From: Gonapodya sp. JEL0774
Lineage: Eukaryota
DNA length: 64,000 nt
Direction of reading: 5' to 3'
Assembly: GCA_027604505.1 (NCBI GenBank)
Contig: JADIIX010000017.1
Location: 62,001 to 126,000, forward strand
Position numbers and translations under genes: made by a program. Positions 36,695-48,923 of the stretch are shown here, piece by piece; the first letter of the stretch is position 1, and every line of letters starts with the position of its first letter. The notes under the pieces were generated by a model that worked only from the letters and a program-made list of their open reading frames with translations, was not told the DNA's origin and ran no database searches.

Positions 36695-39220
36695 ATGACT
36701 TCGTCCGGACAAAAGCATTCGAACATATTCGGGCATTGCCGTGCTTTCTTCATTGAAGTAAACTGGCCGCCTCCCGGATCCCGGGATGACTCTGGGAGTC
36801 ACATTCTCACACTTGAAGAAGCGAAGAGCACTTTTCGAAACAGTGGTGGTCGCATCGTATCAAAAGCGAAACACGCCCATGTGCTCGTGACCGCTCTCAA
36901 GGTTCGTCTGGGATCCGCCCTCAAATCAGGAAAGATCCACTTCAAATTAGGTGTGAGGCTCATCATCCCGTTGCATGTTCGGCTCCCCCAGAGCAAGAGC
37001 AGAATCGGGAGGAACCTTCCACGAGAGAACGTAAGTGGCAAGCCTGCTCTTTGGGTGGAGGCGAATGAGGTGTTGGTTCAATCTAGTTCAACCTCACAAA
37101 AGGTTGATCTACCTGTGGTCCCACCTTCCTGGATTCAATGCTCTGTTCAAACTGGCAGACAGATCCCATTTGACGAATTCTTAATTGAGATCCCTGATGA
37201 TCTCAAACCCCCTCCCCTCGTTTTGAAGAACAAGAATGGGAGGCCGCCGAATCCAGAGGCAGTTCCTTCACTCGCTCCATCCCAATTCCCAGCTGTGGCT
37301 GGTACAAGCACTATAGAACAAAGGGGACCAGTGCGATTATCGTCAGAAGGAACTCCTCACTCTCATTCTGAAACTATCCGGGTGCCGAGTAGTGACGAGG
37401 AGCAACCAAGACGAGGACGCCCTACGTTATCCACGAGCCGAATCGACGGCAATCGTGACACACAGGAATGTATGAGAGACGATTCTCCTCGCAAACGATT
37501 GAGAATTAATTCTCCTTCTCCGTAATATCGAGCGTCGTTTGGTGCACTTAAGAATCCTGTTAATAACTGCATACAACCTGACAGACCACGAACTTTTAAG
37601 CATGCACATGGTCATGGTGCTTACTCCGATTCCAGCAATGAGGGCCATCAAACACCAGACGAAAGTGCTGACGCAGCATTCACCGAAACCTCGGAAGACG
37701 AAGCGCGTGACGTGCGACTTGCCCCAGGATTTATAAATACTAAGTGCGAATTACAAATTTTGAGAGAACTGACATCGCTGATTGTGAGTTTCTTTAACTG
37801 TAGGCTTTGCTGTACTCGTCCCACTCCATTGCATGGCCCGAACGACGATCTGGTCGCTGAATTGGCGATCATAGAACGTTCACGCTTTCTTAATGCTAAT
37901 TCCAGAAGTGCGCTTTCTTACCGCAAGGGGATAGCCGCCATAAAGGTTATAATCACTCTCGAGCTCTCCCTACTCCCAAGATCTCACGAATTGTGAATAG
38001 GCTTATCCGCGTAAGCTCTCTACTGCGGCAGAAGCCAAGAAACTAAAAGGAGTTGGTGCGAAGATCGCCAATATGGTGCGTAGCCTTGGTTTGAGTATGA
38101 GCAACGAGATCGACTTATAATACAGGAATCGCTGGAAGGTCCGCCAGTTTAGTACCCTTGGTCACATTCCCGAAGCTCGCAGAATTGGCAACGATGAAAG
38201 ACATCACATCATGAACCTCTTCGCATCGGTCTACGGAGTAGGACCAGTTACCGCAAGGTTGTGGTATGGCAAGGGTCACCGCACTCTGGCCGACGTGATG
38301 GACGCAGAGGAGGGAAAACTGACCCTCTTGCAGTTGAAAGGGCTGATGTACTTCAAGGACTTCAGTGAAAAGTGTGTTGTTTGTTGCCATCACCTGCAGG
38401 GGAATCAGCTAATATTGTTTTGTGCCTGCAACCAAGAATGACCCGCACCGATGTGGAAGAACTCATTCGTTACATCCGCCTCGGCCTTGATTCCTTCGAT
38501 CCGGCGATCACTTGTGAACCTGTGGGTGGGTACCGTCGCGGAAAAGAGCTGAACGGGGATCTGGATCTCGTGCTTAGTCACCCAAAGCCCGGGAGGGATA
38601 AAACGCTTCTGGCCGATATTGTGGCATTGTTTAGAGATGATGGTAGGGATTGTTCCATTCTGTATCTTCTTCTGCTCGGACTAAACAGGAAAGGTGGGAC
38701 GGGCAGGGTCAATCGTTGATGTGATGCACCTAGGACAATCAGAAATACCAGAGCAAATCTCACCCTCGAAGCAAGCTGGTCACGGGCACGGATTTGACAG
38801 ACTTGACAAAGTCAGTACCATACAAAGACTGGAGCGTTTGCCAGTTTCATTCTGATTCTGGTCTCTCAACTAGTGTTTTGCCGCATTCCGTCAACCATCC
38901 ACGGGCAAGCTCCGACAAGTGGACTTTATCGTCTCTCCATACGACGTTCTGCCATGTGCCCTCGTCGGTGAGGGCATTGACATGGGGGTTAGTTTTCACC
39001 GTCCTCATGTTCCAACGCGTCTTGCATTATAATAGGCTGGCAAGGCTCCACTTTGTTTGAGCGTGATCTTAAGCGGTGGGGTAAGTCTAGGAATATCAAG
39101 GTTTACTCTCATGGACTGTTCAATGCGAAGACTGGCGAGAAAATCCCTGTGCGGGATACCAAACATTATTTTGAAATATTGGGACTGCCTTACTTTGATC
39201 CAATTCTTCGGAATTGTTGA
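36695..39220 (+). CDS. X-family DNA polymerase (Pol mu/TdT/Pol4-like) with N-terminal BRCT
   Basis: BRCT-like (FRNSGGRIV, VVPPSWIQCSV), 8-kDa domain (ALSYRKGIAAIK), VYGVGPVTARLWY, GGYRRGKELNGDLDLVLSHP, RQVDFIV, GWQGSTLFERDL and C-terminal LGLPYFDPILRNC*. Confidence 0.9.
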
Positions 39221-39280
39221 TTATCATGAAATAATAATGAATGGACATGCATACTACCTCGAGGAATAATGATCTGAGGG

Positions 39281-40857
39281 ATGGATAGAAACCACATACA
39301 GAACCGGAAAAACTTCGCAGCGCTGGCAGCGTACCAATATATCAGCAATAGTCGCGCGAGCTGTATTGCCGTACTCCTTGCTGTACTCATTGTACCGCTT
39401 TTCATCTTCTTCTTTGAGATTCCCGGAGACCAGCTTCTGCCCCTGATTTCGATGCCCGAGCAGACTATTGAGAACATGCCATCGACCTACAGCTATTTGA
39501 CAACGAATGCCGGAGTTAGAATGCCACGGATGGTGTAAGTTTTTAGACGGTTCATTCCCTACTTATACATTTTATGTCTATGATCCTGTCATTGTTTTGC
39601 AAACCAACTTTCTGACTGCGCAAACTGCTTCAACATCCGGATAATAGATATGGGACGGCTTGGAAAAAGGAGCGTACGTGAGTGTTTATTTCTGAGTATG
39701 GTTTGCAGCACGTTAAGTCCATCCGTGGTGGAAAGGACCGACCTTGTGGTTCAGGCTGTACTCTCTGGATTCAAGGGCATCGATACAGCTTGTCAACCAA
39801 AGGTGTGATTCATTGCGTAATGAGCTGAAGTGAACGGGGGATTTGAGCAATCGTCTTGATTCACACTACCAAGCACTATTCCGAAGCGCTGGTGGGAGCA
39901 GCCCTCACACTGCTTCACGAAGCACATGGGATACATCGCGAAAGCTTGTTTATCCAAACAAAATGTGAGTCCTGCTCTTTTTCTTGTGTGATTTTGTGGA
40001 TGACGTCCATTTCTTCCAAAGTCACACCGGTTTCAGGCCAGGATCCCAAGAATATTCCTTATGATCCCACCGCCGCTCTTGCTGAGCAGGTCCGGCAATC
40101 TGTACAAAAGTCGCTGGTTAATTTAAGAACAACGTACATCGACTCTCTTCTTATCCATTCACCGCTGCCAACCCACGAGCAGACAATGTCAGTCTGGAGA
40201 GTCCTGGAGGGTTATGTGAAGGATAAAGTGAGCGCTTCCTACGGAAACAAAATTGCGATCCTCGTTCAGTTGCTTTCCCATCCTATCTTTCCGTTAAGGT
40301 TATCCACCAGCTTGGAGTGTCAAACTTGTATGATGTGGATCTTCTTGAAAGACTTTGGAATGACGCAAAGGTGAAGCCGGCAGTAATTCAGAACCGTTAG
40401 TAACGTTTTTCGATAATACGCGAACTCCTGAGTTGACTGCTCCTGTCTTGGCCTTGCGTCGGACCAATGGGTGATTTCGTGAACTGTCACCTCAGGCTTC
40501 GTACCTTCTTTTTCGTTCGATAGGGGTATCCGCCAGTTCTGCTCTACGCACAATATTTCCTACCAGTCTTTTTGGACCTTGACTGGTAATCCAGAACTCC
40601 TTTCCTCTCCTTCCGTACAATCTGCTGTTCGCGCCCATTCCCTCCCTACGAAGTTAAATCCACACCCTGTTGGAACTCCGGAACATATACTCTTTAAGTT
40701 CCTAGTTCAGCAGTACCCATACTTTGTGCCACTCACGGGCACAACGAGTAAAGCGCATATGAAAGAAGACTTGAGCGTGTTGAGTGAGCTGAATGATGGA
40801 GATTTGCTTGGCCAGCAAGAATTAGAGGCTATTCGAATTTTAATCGATGGGAGTTGA
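39281..40857 (+). CDS. Aldo/keto reductase (start at 39281, 39452 or 39476)
   Basis: MPRMV-YGTAWKKERT, GFKGIDTACQPK-HYSEALVG, RESLFIQTK, LRTTYIDSLLIHSP, YQSFWTLTGNP and PLTGTTSKAHMKEDL. Confidence 0.88.
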
Positions 40858-40965
40858 AGGACCGTTATGTGGCTCCCCAACGAATAAACGAACGGTAACG
40901 TTCCGATTAGTGATTGAGACAATACAATGAATATTTTACTTCGATCCGTCAGTACGCATTCTTCG

Positions 40966-43900
40966 TTACTTCTGCTTCTCCCAACCACCGATGTCGCTGG
41001 CTACCCTTCTCACACCATGCCGTGTGTTGCCACTCTGTCCCCACCCAATCCAGCCAGAGCCGCGTGGTGGCGAAAAGCCCCCAACGTTGAATTTGGGCGA
41101 GGGCGCTCGCCCAGGAATTCCACTACGAGTCGAGGGTGACGCACCGAGGGTCCAATAAGGATCGGGTGGCCCGGTGAGTCCGTTGGCGGCGTCGAGCGCA
41201 GTGGGGTCGCTACTCGTATCCGAGTCTTCTACATATCCGAGCGGAAAGGCATCAGACGGATTCATCCCCAACTTGCCTTGCCAAGTGCCATTACGAGGGA
41301 CGAACGAAGATAACCGTGATCTGCACCACACAAGGAACGTAACCACCAGAACCAAAGCAACGGCAGCCCCACCGTAGATGTGGAGCGAGGACACCACATT
41401 CGCGTTCAGTGGTGATGCAGTGTCGCGCGGCGGCGGGCCTCCGGTTGACAGAATGCCGGATCCAGGCACAGACTGGGATCCAGATCCTGTACTTGCACTT
41501 CCTCCAGTTCTTAAAGCCTTCTCGAGTTCATGGTCAATGGAATCTTCGACCACGCCTTGATTTGGGACTTCATCGCCAACAAAGATGATAGCGGCGCCAA
41601 GGGTCCAGCTAATTCGCATCCGACCAATCTCTTCGACAGTCTGAAAAGGAACACCATGGACAATACCAACTTTGGCATCCGCAACCTTTTCCTTTCCAAT
41701 TGTCTTTTCTACAGCGAGATCACCGATTGGAACTTCATCCATTTCTTCCACTTCCATGCCAAGTCCCAAACCTTCGTGCAGTACGCTCACAATCCATGCT
41801 GCCCTCCAACACTGCATCTCCAGCTCCCCCAATTCATTTATTCCTTTACCCTTGAACTCTCCTTGTCCCCATGCGGCGGCTATATCTTCCCACGTCAGCC
41901 CGTCACAGAACTTTCTGGCGGCCTGGACAAACGATTGGGGTCGATACACACCGTGGAGGTTCCAAGGAGACGCGGCGGTGTAGAAGTACTCGGAGATACC
42001 CAAGAACCGAATCGAATCAAAAGGGGAGTAGTGCAGATTGACTCCACCACTGGACTCAGTTTTGTTGTCACTCACGCCGACACGCGGTGCAGGTACGTGG
42101 ATACCAGCAAACAAGCATGGAGGATCGAGGCAGGGTGCAGTTTTGTTTATGAGCGGAAGGAGAGATTCAAGGCATCTTGAAAAGTTTCCGGTACCTAAAA
42201 ACGGCGGTGGAAACTCTGTGGGATCTGCATCGTAAACGAGCCCGTGGGGGAGACACGGATCCAGAATAACACTGGGCGTCGCCACTTTTGTGGAGCCGCT
42301 GCGGTCCGGGGTAGAGAACGCGGTGCCGACATGTATATTGGTTGTGGAAGTCGCGGTGCTTCGGAGGCTGCGCTCTCGCTTTACAGTCGCAGTGTTGCGG
42401 ATTTGTAGATTTGTAGATCCCGTTCGCATTCCCTTGACCCTTCGCCGTCTCAATCCGCTTGCATCCTCTCCTCCTTCTCCCTCGTCCCCATTATCGTATT
42501 CCACTCTCCAACCATCGTCATTCCACTCGCCGGCCCCGTCAGCCAAATCTGTCGCTTCAACCGCTCCTATCAGTGCATGTGTTGAAGTTGCACGTTGAGA
42601 TTCAATCGTGCTATCTCGTGCAGTGATGGTACGATATTTCATTGGATTTTGATACTCTTCCCCAAAGGAGGCCGTGCTCAACAAGGATTGAGAGGCAGAG
42701 TAAGGAGTAGTCCTCGTCGCTTTGCTACCGGTGAATGCAAGTGCGGCCTCCGTAGTTGTGGAACCAGTTTTAACGGTGGGTTTAAGGAGCAAGCTTTGAG
42801 CTGTCACCAAGAGTGTGGATGTGGTGGTGCTATTGGCGTTTCCCTCCAAGTGGGCGTTTAATTTCCCACCAGCAACCATCGCTTCATACCTCCTCCTAGC
42901 CTCTCTAACACCAAAGCCCAGCCACGTCCGCACATAAACTCCTACGTTTTGGTCCCTGCCCTCTATCGTCCTAATTTTCATCACAGTGAGGTCGTTTGCG
43001 TGTTCCCGTGCGATGTCGGGTGAAGGTTGGAACGCAATCTGGGCGGAAGCGCCGCCGAGATCGAGGAAGCCGAATGTGGGTAGTTGAGAAGGTTCAGGCG
43101 GAAAGGAAGAAGAAACAGGGATGGTGGACGAACCAGTGAACAGGGCGTCCAGGGACCCTGCCATGGCGTTCACTGCGAGCCATCCGAAGGCGCCTTCCCA
43201 CTCCCCTGTGATGACTTTGAATGCTTGTTGGCAAGATCCTCCGCCAGGCCCGAAACCAAACTCAGAGATGGAAGCGGATGAGTATGTCGATGCGCGAATC
43301 CCGAGAGCGGCACAGGCTGATTGCAGTAGAGATGTGGCTTGTTTTGACGAAAGGAGACGAAGACCAGCGGTAGCAAAGAGGAGGATGGGAGTTAGTGGGT
43401 CAGAGAGCGAAGATGTCGTGTTTGCAGGTTTGGTTGATGGAATAGGGGCACGGCGGGAAAGGTGACGGTTGGGTTGCGCAGGTGGGTCGTTCGTCCTCCA
43501 TCCCGTGTCGTCGTATTCCTCATCCACAACTGAACCCAAAAAATTCATCACGCCAGACTCGGTGCGCTTCACAGCAGGCCTCTTTTCTCCCTTCCCTGAT
43601 TCGACTATTCCGCTTGTTCCCCGTGCGCCACCCACAGGTGCACTATCGCCAGTCCTTGTACCAGTAGCGCCGGGAACACCGATCCGCCCAAGCCTCTTCA
43701 GTTCCTCCATCCGTTCTTTGCCAAATTCAAGTAGCGGTCGCAGATACTCCTTCACCATGGCTCCTTGGTCAGCCACGCCAGCGAGTTCTGACAAGCCCGG
43801 CCGGATGACGCGGATCCAAGAACTGGTGTCCGAGGGGTGGAGGGGCGTGGCGGGGTGTACGGCGGGGGGAAGTTGGAGAAGGCGGAGGATGCGAGAGCTC

Positions 43901-44809
43901 GTAGCAAATGGACTGTTTGTCAAGTTTATGTCCGACGAAGAGCTGCGGGCAACGTGGTTTCGAGTGTGATTGGTGCCATGCCCGTCGGATAAGGTATGCT
44001 GGACTCTTCCGGCTTTGCCCGCAGTTCCACTATCATTGCTATTGGTACGACTGGGAATTGTACTCTTGCTCCCTATCAATTCCATCTCCTTCAGGAGTAG
44101 CCTGGCTTGTCTCCTGACCCACGTCGGATCCTTCCAAGTGTACAAGTGGATGCGAGAGCCTGACGATCCGGCATCAATGACGGCTAGGTACCGTCGGTTC
44201 TTGTACCATGAAGAAGGTACCTCCGCTAGTGATGAGTAACGTGTGCCTGACAATTCACGCTCGAGTTCATCAATTGAAACTTCTGCACGAGGGAGAGAAG
44301 TCGCGGGAAAGGGAGGTGCAGGTGCCGGAGAGGAGATGAGAGGTGGATCAGATAGGACGGGCTCGATTGGCAGTGAGCCCTCGTCGAAAGAGAAGTAGAG
44401 GGCGAGGGCGCCGAAAGATAGCAGAAGTGCCGCAAGAGCAAAGTAAAACGAGCGAGTGAAGGTGAAGGTGCGTGGGGCACTGGAGATGACGTGGACTCCT
44501 GTTGTTATGGGAATGTGGACTCTTTGTGAGGTTCGAGCAAAACATCCCCGTCACGCCAACAAGCGTGTAGGAAGGCGTCCCCACTCTCTTAGAATCGAGC
44601 CTGCAACGTGCAGATGTAGGAGCAAGTCCGCATTGTTGATTGGTGTTGCTCATCCACGTACATGAAACCCCCCAACCCGTACTCGCACCTGACACATTCC
44701 CTCCCGAACCTTCACCCCTTCCTACCCATGTTATTCCCAACCATGTTACTCCGCCACGTCCCGCACCCGATCGACCATATGCCGGCGAGAATGCTCGCTC
44801 GATGTCCAT
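40966..44809 (-). CDS. GDA1/CD39 (NTPDase/apyrase) family protein with N- and C-terminal TM helices
   Basis: All five apyrase conserved regions: IDAGSSGSRIHLY, ATAGLRLL, ITGEWEGAFGW, GFLDLGGASAQIAF and ISWTLGA. The frame stays open upstream of 44253 through a TM (FYFALAALLLSFGALALYF) and joins an ATG exon at 44809 by a phase-1 intron. Second TM IYGGAAVALVLVVTFLVWC. Confidence 0.9.
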
Positions 44810-45399
44810 GATACTTCCCAGTCAGTTCACGACACCGTTTGTCGCGTAATGTGAATGTAATTCCCGATTTTATCATGCAAGCATTAACAATCGGACCGTT
44901 GGCTTAGACTGCCCAGCCATAATCCAGATACATATACTGTCAAGTACTCTATTATGGCAGTAGGAGGTCTGTGCACCTGGTGGGTCACCAGCGTGCACGG
45001 CCTGCCTCTTGCCTGCTGGGGATTGGGACTCGTCCATTCAATCTTTTGGGGAGAGGCTGCAACAATTCAGTGAAGCGTGACCTGAACCCTCCCACATTCA
45101 ATTGCTCAATAATCACTGGGGGGAGCGGAAAACTAGAGGTAGTATTGCTATCAACGCAACCAATGGACCACCGGTAATTTTAAGGCAAACTGGCTGAGGT
45201 GAGAATGCCAAAGCTGTGACAGGAGAGGATATCTTCCTTTCTGAGCCAACAAAATCTTGAGTTATACATGTGCCTCCTAGTCCAGATGCAAACTTTCATG
45301 GCAATCTGTCATGTTTCAAAGAATTCTCTCAGGTGGGAGTGCTTTTTGGACTCTAAAATCCCTTTACTGGATTTTATTTAAGTTTGACATTGAAACCAG

Positions 45400-48300
45400 C
45401 CTCCCCAAAAGGTTGGCTTGGACTTTGCACCTCAATTTTCCAAGACAAGTACCTTTGGGAGAGCACTGGCGTGGATGTGGGGGCGGGAAGAAAATGCGGA
45501 TGAGAACCCACTGTGGAAAGTGTTGTCTATAGCTCCATCTACTCACGGTGATTTCAATCAGGCACTCTATCAGCAGACAGCAGTGCTCACATACAGAATG
45601 GCCACCCATATTCTTCTCTATCAGAACATCTTAACCTCAACTATTTTGTTCAGGAGATTCATGGCACTGAAACTCATGTTTGGTGGTGGATGCTTAGCAG
45701 AAGATGTCAGATTGGGCACAACCATTGAATTTGTCTCACTGATCCTCAAAAACCCCCATGATGTCCAGCAATGTTCCTCCCCAAATCAGATCAAAGCTAC
45801 AATGGTGGTGTTACTTCAGGCTCTAGAAGGACAATGGATAGACAAGTTGAGCTGGCTTGCACCAACTCTGCAAGTTATTCAATACAAGGGGAGACCAAGA
45901 GAGCAGGGACACTGCATCATCACCCCAGACGGAGGGTTTGTTTGTTTTGCTGTTGTCCATTTTCTCTCTCTTTTGTAACCGCATCTCAATTCCCTTGTCA
46001 ATTAGCAAAGAAAGATTTGACACAACAGAGCATGTACTTGGGCTGCTCCAGAAAGTTGATGTGGTGATCGTGACATTTGACAGTAAGTTGCTAGCCACAT
46101 GTAAGAGGCCAAACATATCCTGAACAAAATTCCTATTGTGGTTCTGTTCTGTTTGGTTGATGCAACTATCCAATCCAAGTTGGACCAAAAATGAAGAACT
46201 ACAAATGTCCTTTATTAACTGTGGAATTCTGGTGTCTTGGGATAGACAAGGCTCAAAGTATTGCAAAACAATCAACAGCACTGACTGTGAGACTCTGAAG
46301 CATCAAAAGAAAGAATGCTGGGTACATAACCATGAGTTCCTGTTTTGCACAGTGGTCCCCATTCATTCACTCACTTGGAACCAATGGCACAGCTAAAAGG
46401 GCACACCCTTTGCTAATCAGATTGTGGACGTTCATGGAATTGTAGAATTTTTTGGCCATGCCCCATTCAAATCAAGGAAGGTATTGAAGGAAGCACTCAT
46501 AATTCCATGGCTTTCGATTCCTCTGGACAAATTCTAAGGAGGATATTGATCACAAAGTGCACCTGCCAGATCCTTCAATGGAAGTCATCAAATGTGTTTT
46601 TTCATGAACAGAGATGGTGGTCTATAAGGCAACTCTTCGAGTTCTGCAGGATTAAATCATCTACCAGGTTCAAACAAGGCATGTTTGACAGAGAATGCAG
46701 TCTACATGACAAATATTCAAACGCTTAATGATTACAGCTTAAGCTTTGCAAGTTGCTCAAAATCTCAGCAAAGATCACACCAGCCTTGGTTGAGCTCTAT
46801 CGTTTGTGTGATCACCATTCACCCACAGGTTGCAACCCTTTTCTATCTCATGAGCCACTTTCATTCCTCGATATTTTTCTGACACCTAGGAATAAAGTGT
46901 GCCAGAGTGTCCGCAATCTAAGTTTGGATTGGGCACAGGGATTGCTGACATTCAGTTTTGGTTCAATATTTGAGATAGGCTCAGAACACTGTGACATCCA
47001 ATGTCAACAGGAGATTTCTGGTCTATTGCAAAGTGGTTTGATACAAATCAATAATTTTATTGAGGAACTTGCGGGTTTCCAGGGAGTTCAGATTGCAGTG
47101 GGTGCCAACCTATGAAACTTCATGTATTTTTGGGCATTCCCTGAACTTCTAGTGTTGTCACAGGAACTCTTGCAGAAGCTCAAAACTGTGCCAGACCTTC
47201 CTCCTTGGTTGCAAATTAGGTGGCACATTCTGAAGCAACTCAGTCAGCTTGGTGATGCTGAAGCGGACAAATTATTTGAGGAGTTTTGAGACCTCTCAGC
47301 TAGTGTCACCAAACCCCAAAGGTGAGTTTGGAAGTGGCTGAATGCATTTTTATGATGCAAACAGCAGCTCCAAACCTGATTCCTTGCATTGTCTCCAGAG
47401 TTTGAGATCTGGTACTTCGATCAAGGAGCTGTGTGGCTGGAGAAGAAATGCTTGGTGGGTGTTTCCAATTTCAGTTTGAGATAAATCAAGTTATGGAAAT
47501 TTGAAACTAACTGTTGATCAGAAACCAAGGCAATCTTTTCAAGCAATTTGCAACTCATTGGCGGTCCTTGCAAAGGGGCTTTTAGAAGCTGAAGGACACC
47601 TCTGTCATCTCTCATCTGAGGTTGACGCAGGCATAAACAGGAAGGGAGCTGCAGGTGGTACCTCAGCTGATGATGGATCGTTGATGGTTGGAGAGAAGCT
47701 GGACGTCAAAGCCTGTGGGATCTGCAGTCTTGCTCATATTCAAAGAGACTGGTAAAACCACATGGTGTGGTGTACTGGGCACCTGGGATGCATGCAGGTA
47801 GTCATACATGTATTGTACGATCTAGACATACATCAGACCCCCGTCCTACATCTACCAGTCCAGTCCAGTACGGGACAGCACAATGGTGCATGATGCAGTG
47901 GTGCTTCCTTGCTGCACGAAGAAGATGAGCAGTGTCTGGTTCATGCCTGAGCTCTGTTATTATCAACTCTATGACTTGATTTACTTGCTATATGGGATCT
48001 TGTCCCCATAGATGTTGATGACAGCAAGGATATGGGTGACCTTGATGTGATGGCCATTATGAGTGCCACAAGAGATCTTGCAAATGGACGTGAGGGCAGT
48101 TCGGGATGTTTAGTTGGCTGTCTTATCTCACTGTTGACTTTCTTTATTGTCTCTCAACAAGATAGGAAACAAAAATTTGTTGCCTTATTGCAGATCTCAA
48201 AGAGAAGATCAACCTTGATCTGAATATAAAGGAGAATGGCTTGCTGACAAGTATGCAATCTGCAAGAACAACAACAGGTGCTGTCCTTGATGTAATTAAC

Positions 48301-48710
48301 AACATTATGAAGACTCAATGCATCTTGGTTTCCATTGGTACAGCTGAGGGTGGTGCTTCTGGCAATGTCGAGAACCTTGTGGAGCCAACTACAAATGTTG
48401 GTTTGGAGAAGCAGGCCATTGGCAGGATAACAAGGTACGTTTCATAATGATCTTAGCAGTGGTCAATTTCTTGGTGTCATCTGATTTGTACCATTGGTTC
48501 TTTGTGCACAACTGTACAGTATGCAGAACCAGCCAGAAACATCCAACAACTATTGTTCGGCTTGTTACCAAGGGGACAGTCGAGGAGAAGATTCTTGGCA
48601 TCATGAAAGCTCGTGTTGAGTGGGGTAGCCTGGTGGGAAAAGATGGCCACTTCCAAGGGTTTGGAGACAGGGAGGTGTGGACGCAAGAGGAGGTGGACAG
48701 GTGGTAGAGC
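45400..48710 (+). pseudogene. Degenerate SHPRH/Irc20/Rad5-like SNF2-RING helicase relic in a CpG-depleted island
   Basis: Motifs in the correct order but broken by stops and frameshifts: ALAWMWGREE..NPLW, GGGCLAEDVRLGTTIEFVSLILKNP (eroded motif I), KATMVVL..QW..LAPTLQVIQYKG, VDVVIVTFD, *KGTPFANQIVDVHGIVEFFGHAPF, RING-like CGIC, LVEPTTNVGLEKQAIGRITR and QKHPTTIVRLVTKGTVEEKIL. Confidence 0.82.
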
Positions 48711-48923
48711 TTTTCGAGCTGCAGGATGCAATAATCCAGTAGATGTACTAAGCATGGCAGAAAGGAGTGGGGTAATATTGATACTTTGGTTGGTCGAGCG
48801 ACTCTCAACATAACGTAATATGTGACCTTTCAAGCAGGGGCGCTGAGGCCACCACTCCAACCATTCCACAGCCCCCGAAGAAAGTTCGCATTGACCTCTG
48901 ATCCACCACCACGCTCAATCAAC

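Noticed and set aside
44850..48830. Calling the CpG-poor island a defined transposon (Helitron, TIR or LTR), or a DNMT5 remnant
   Set aside because: No transposase, Rep/Hel, RT or methyltransferase motifs seen; no clean TIR or TSD (the CGTAAT..GTGA similarity at both edges is imperfect).
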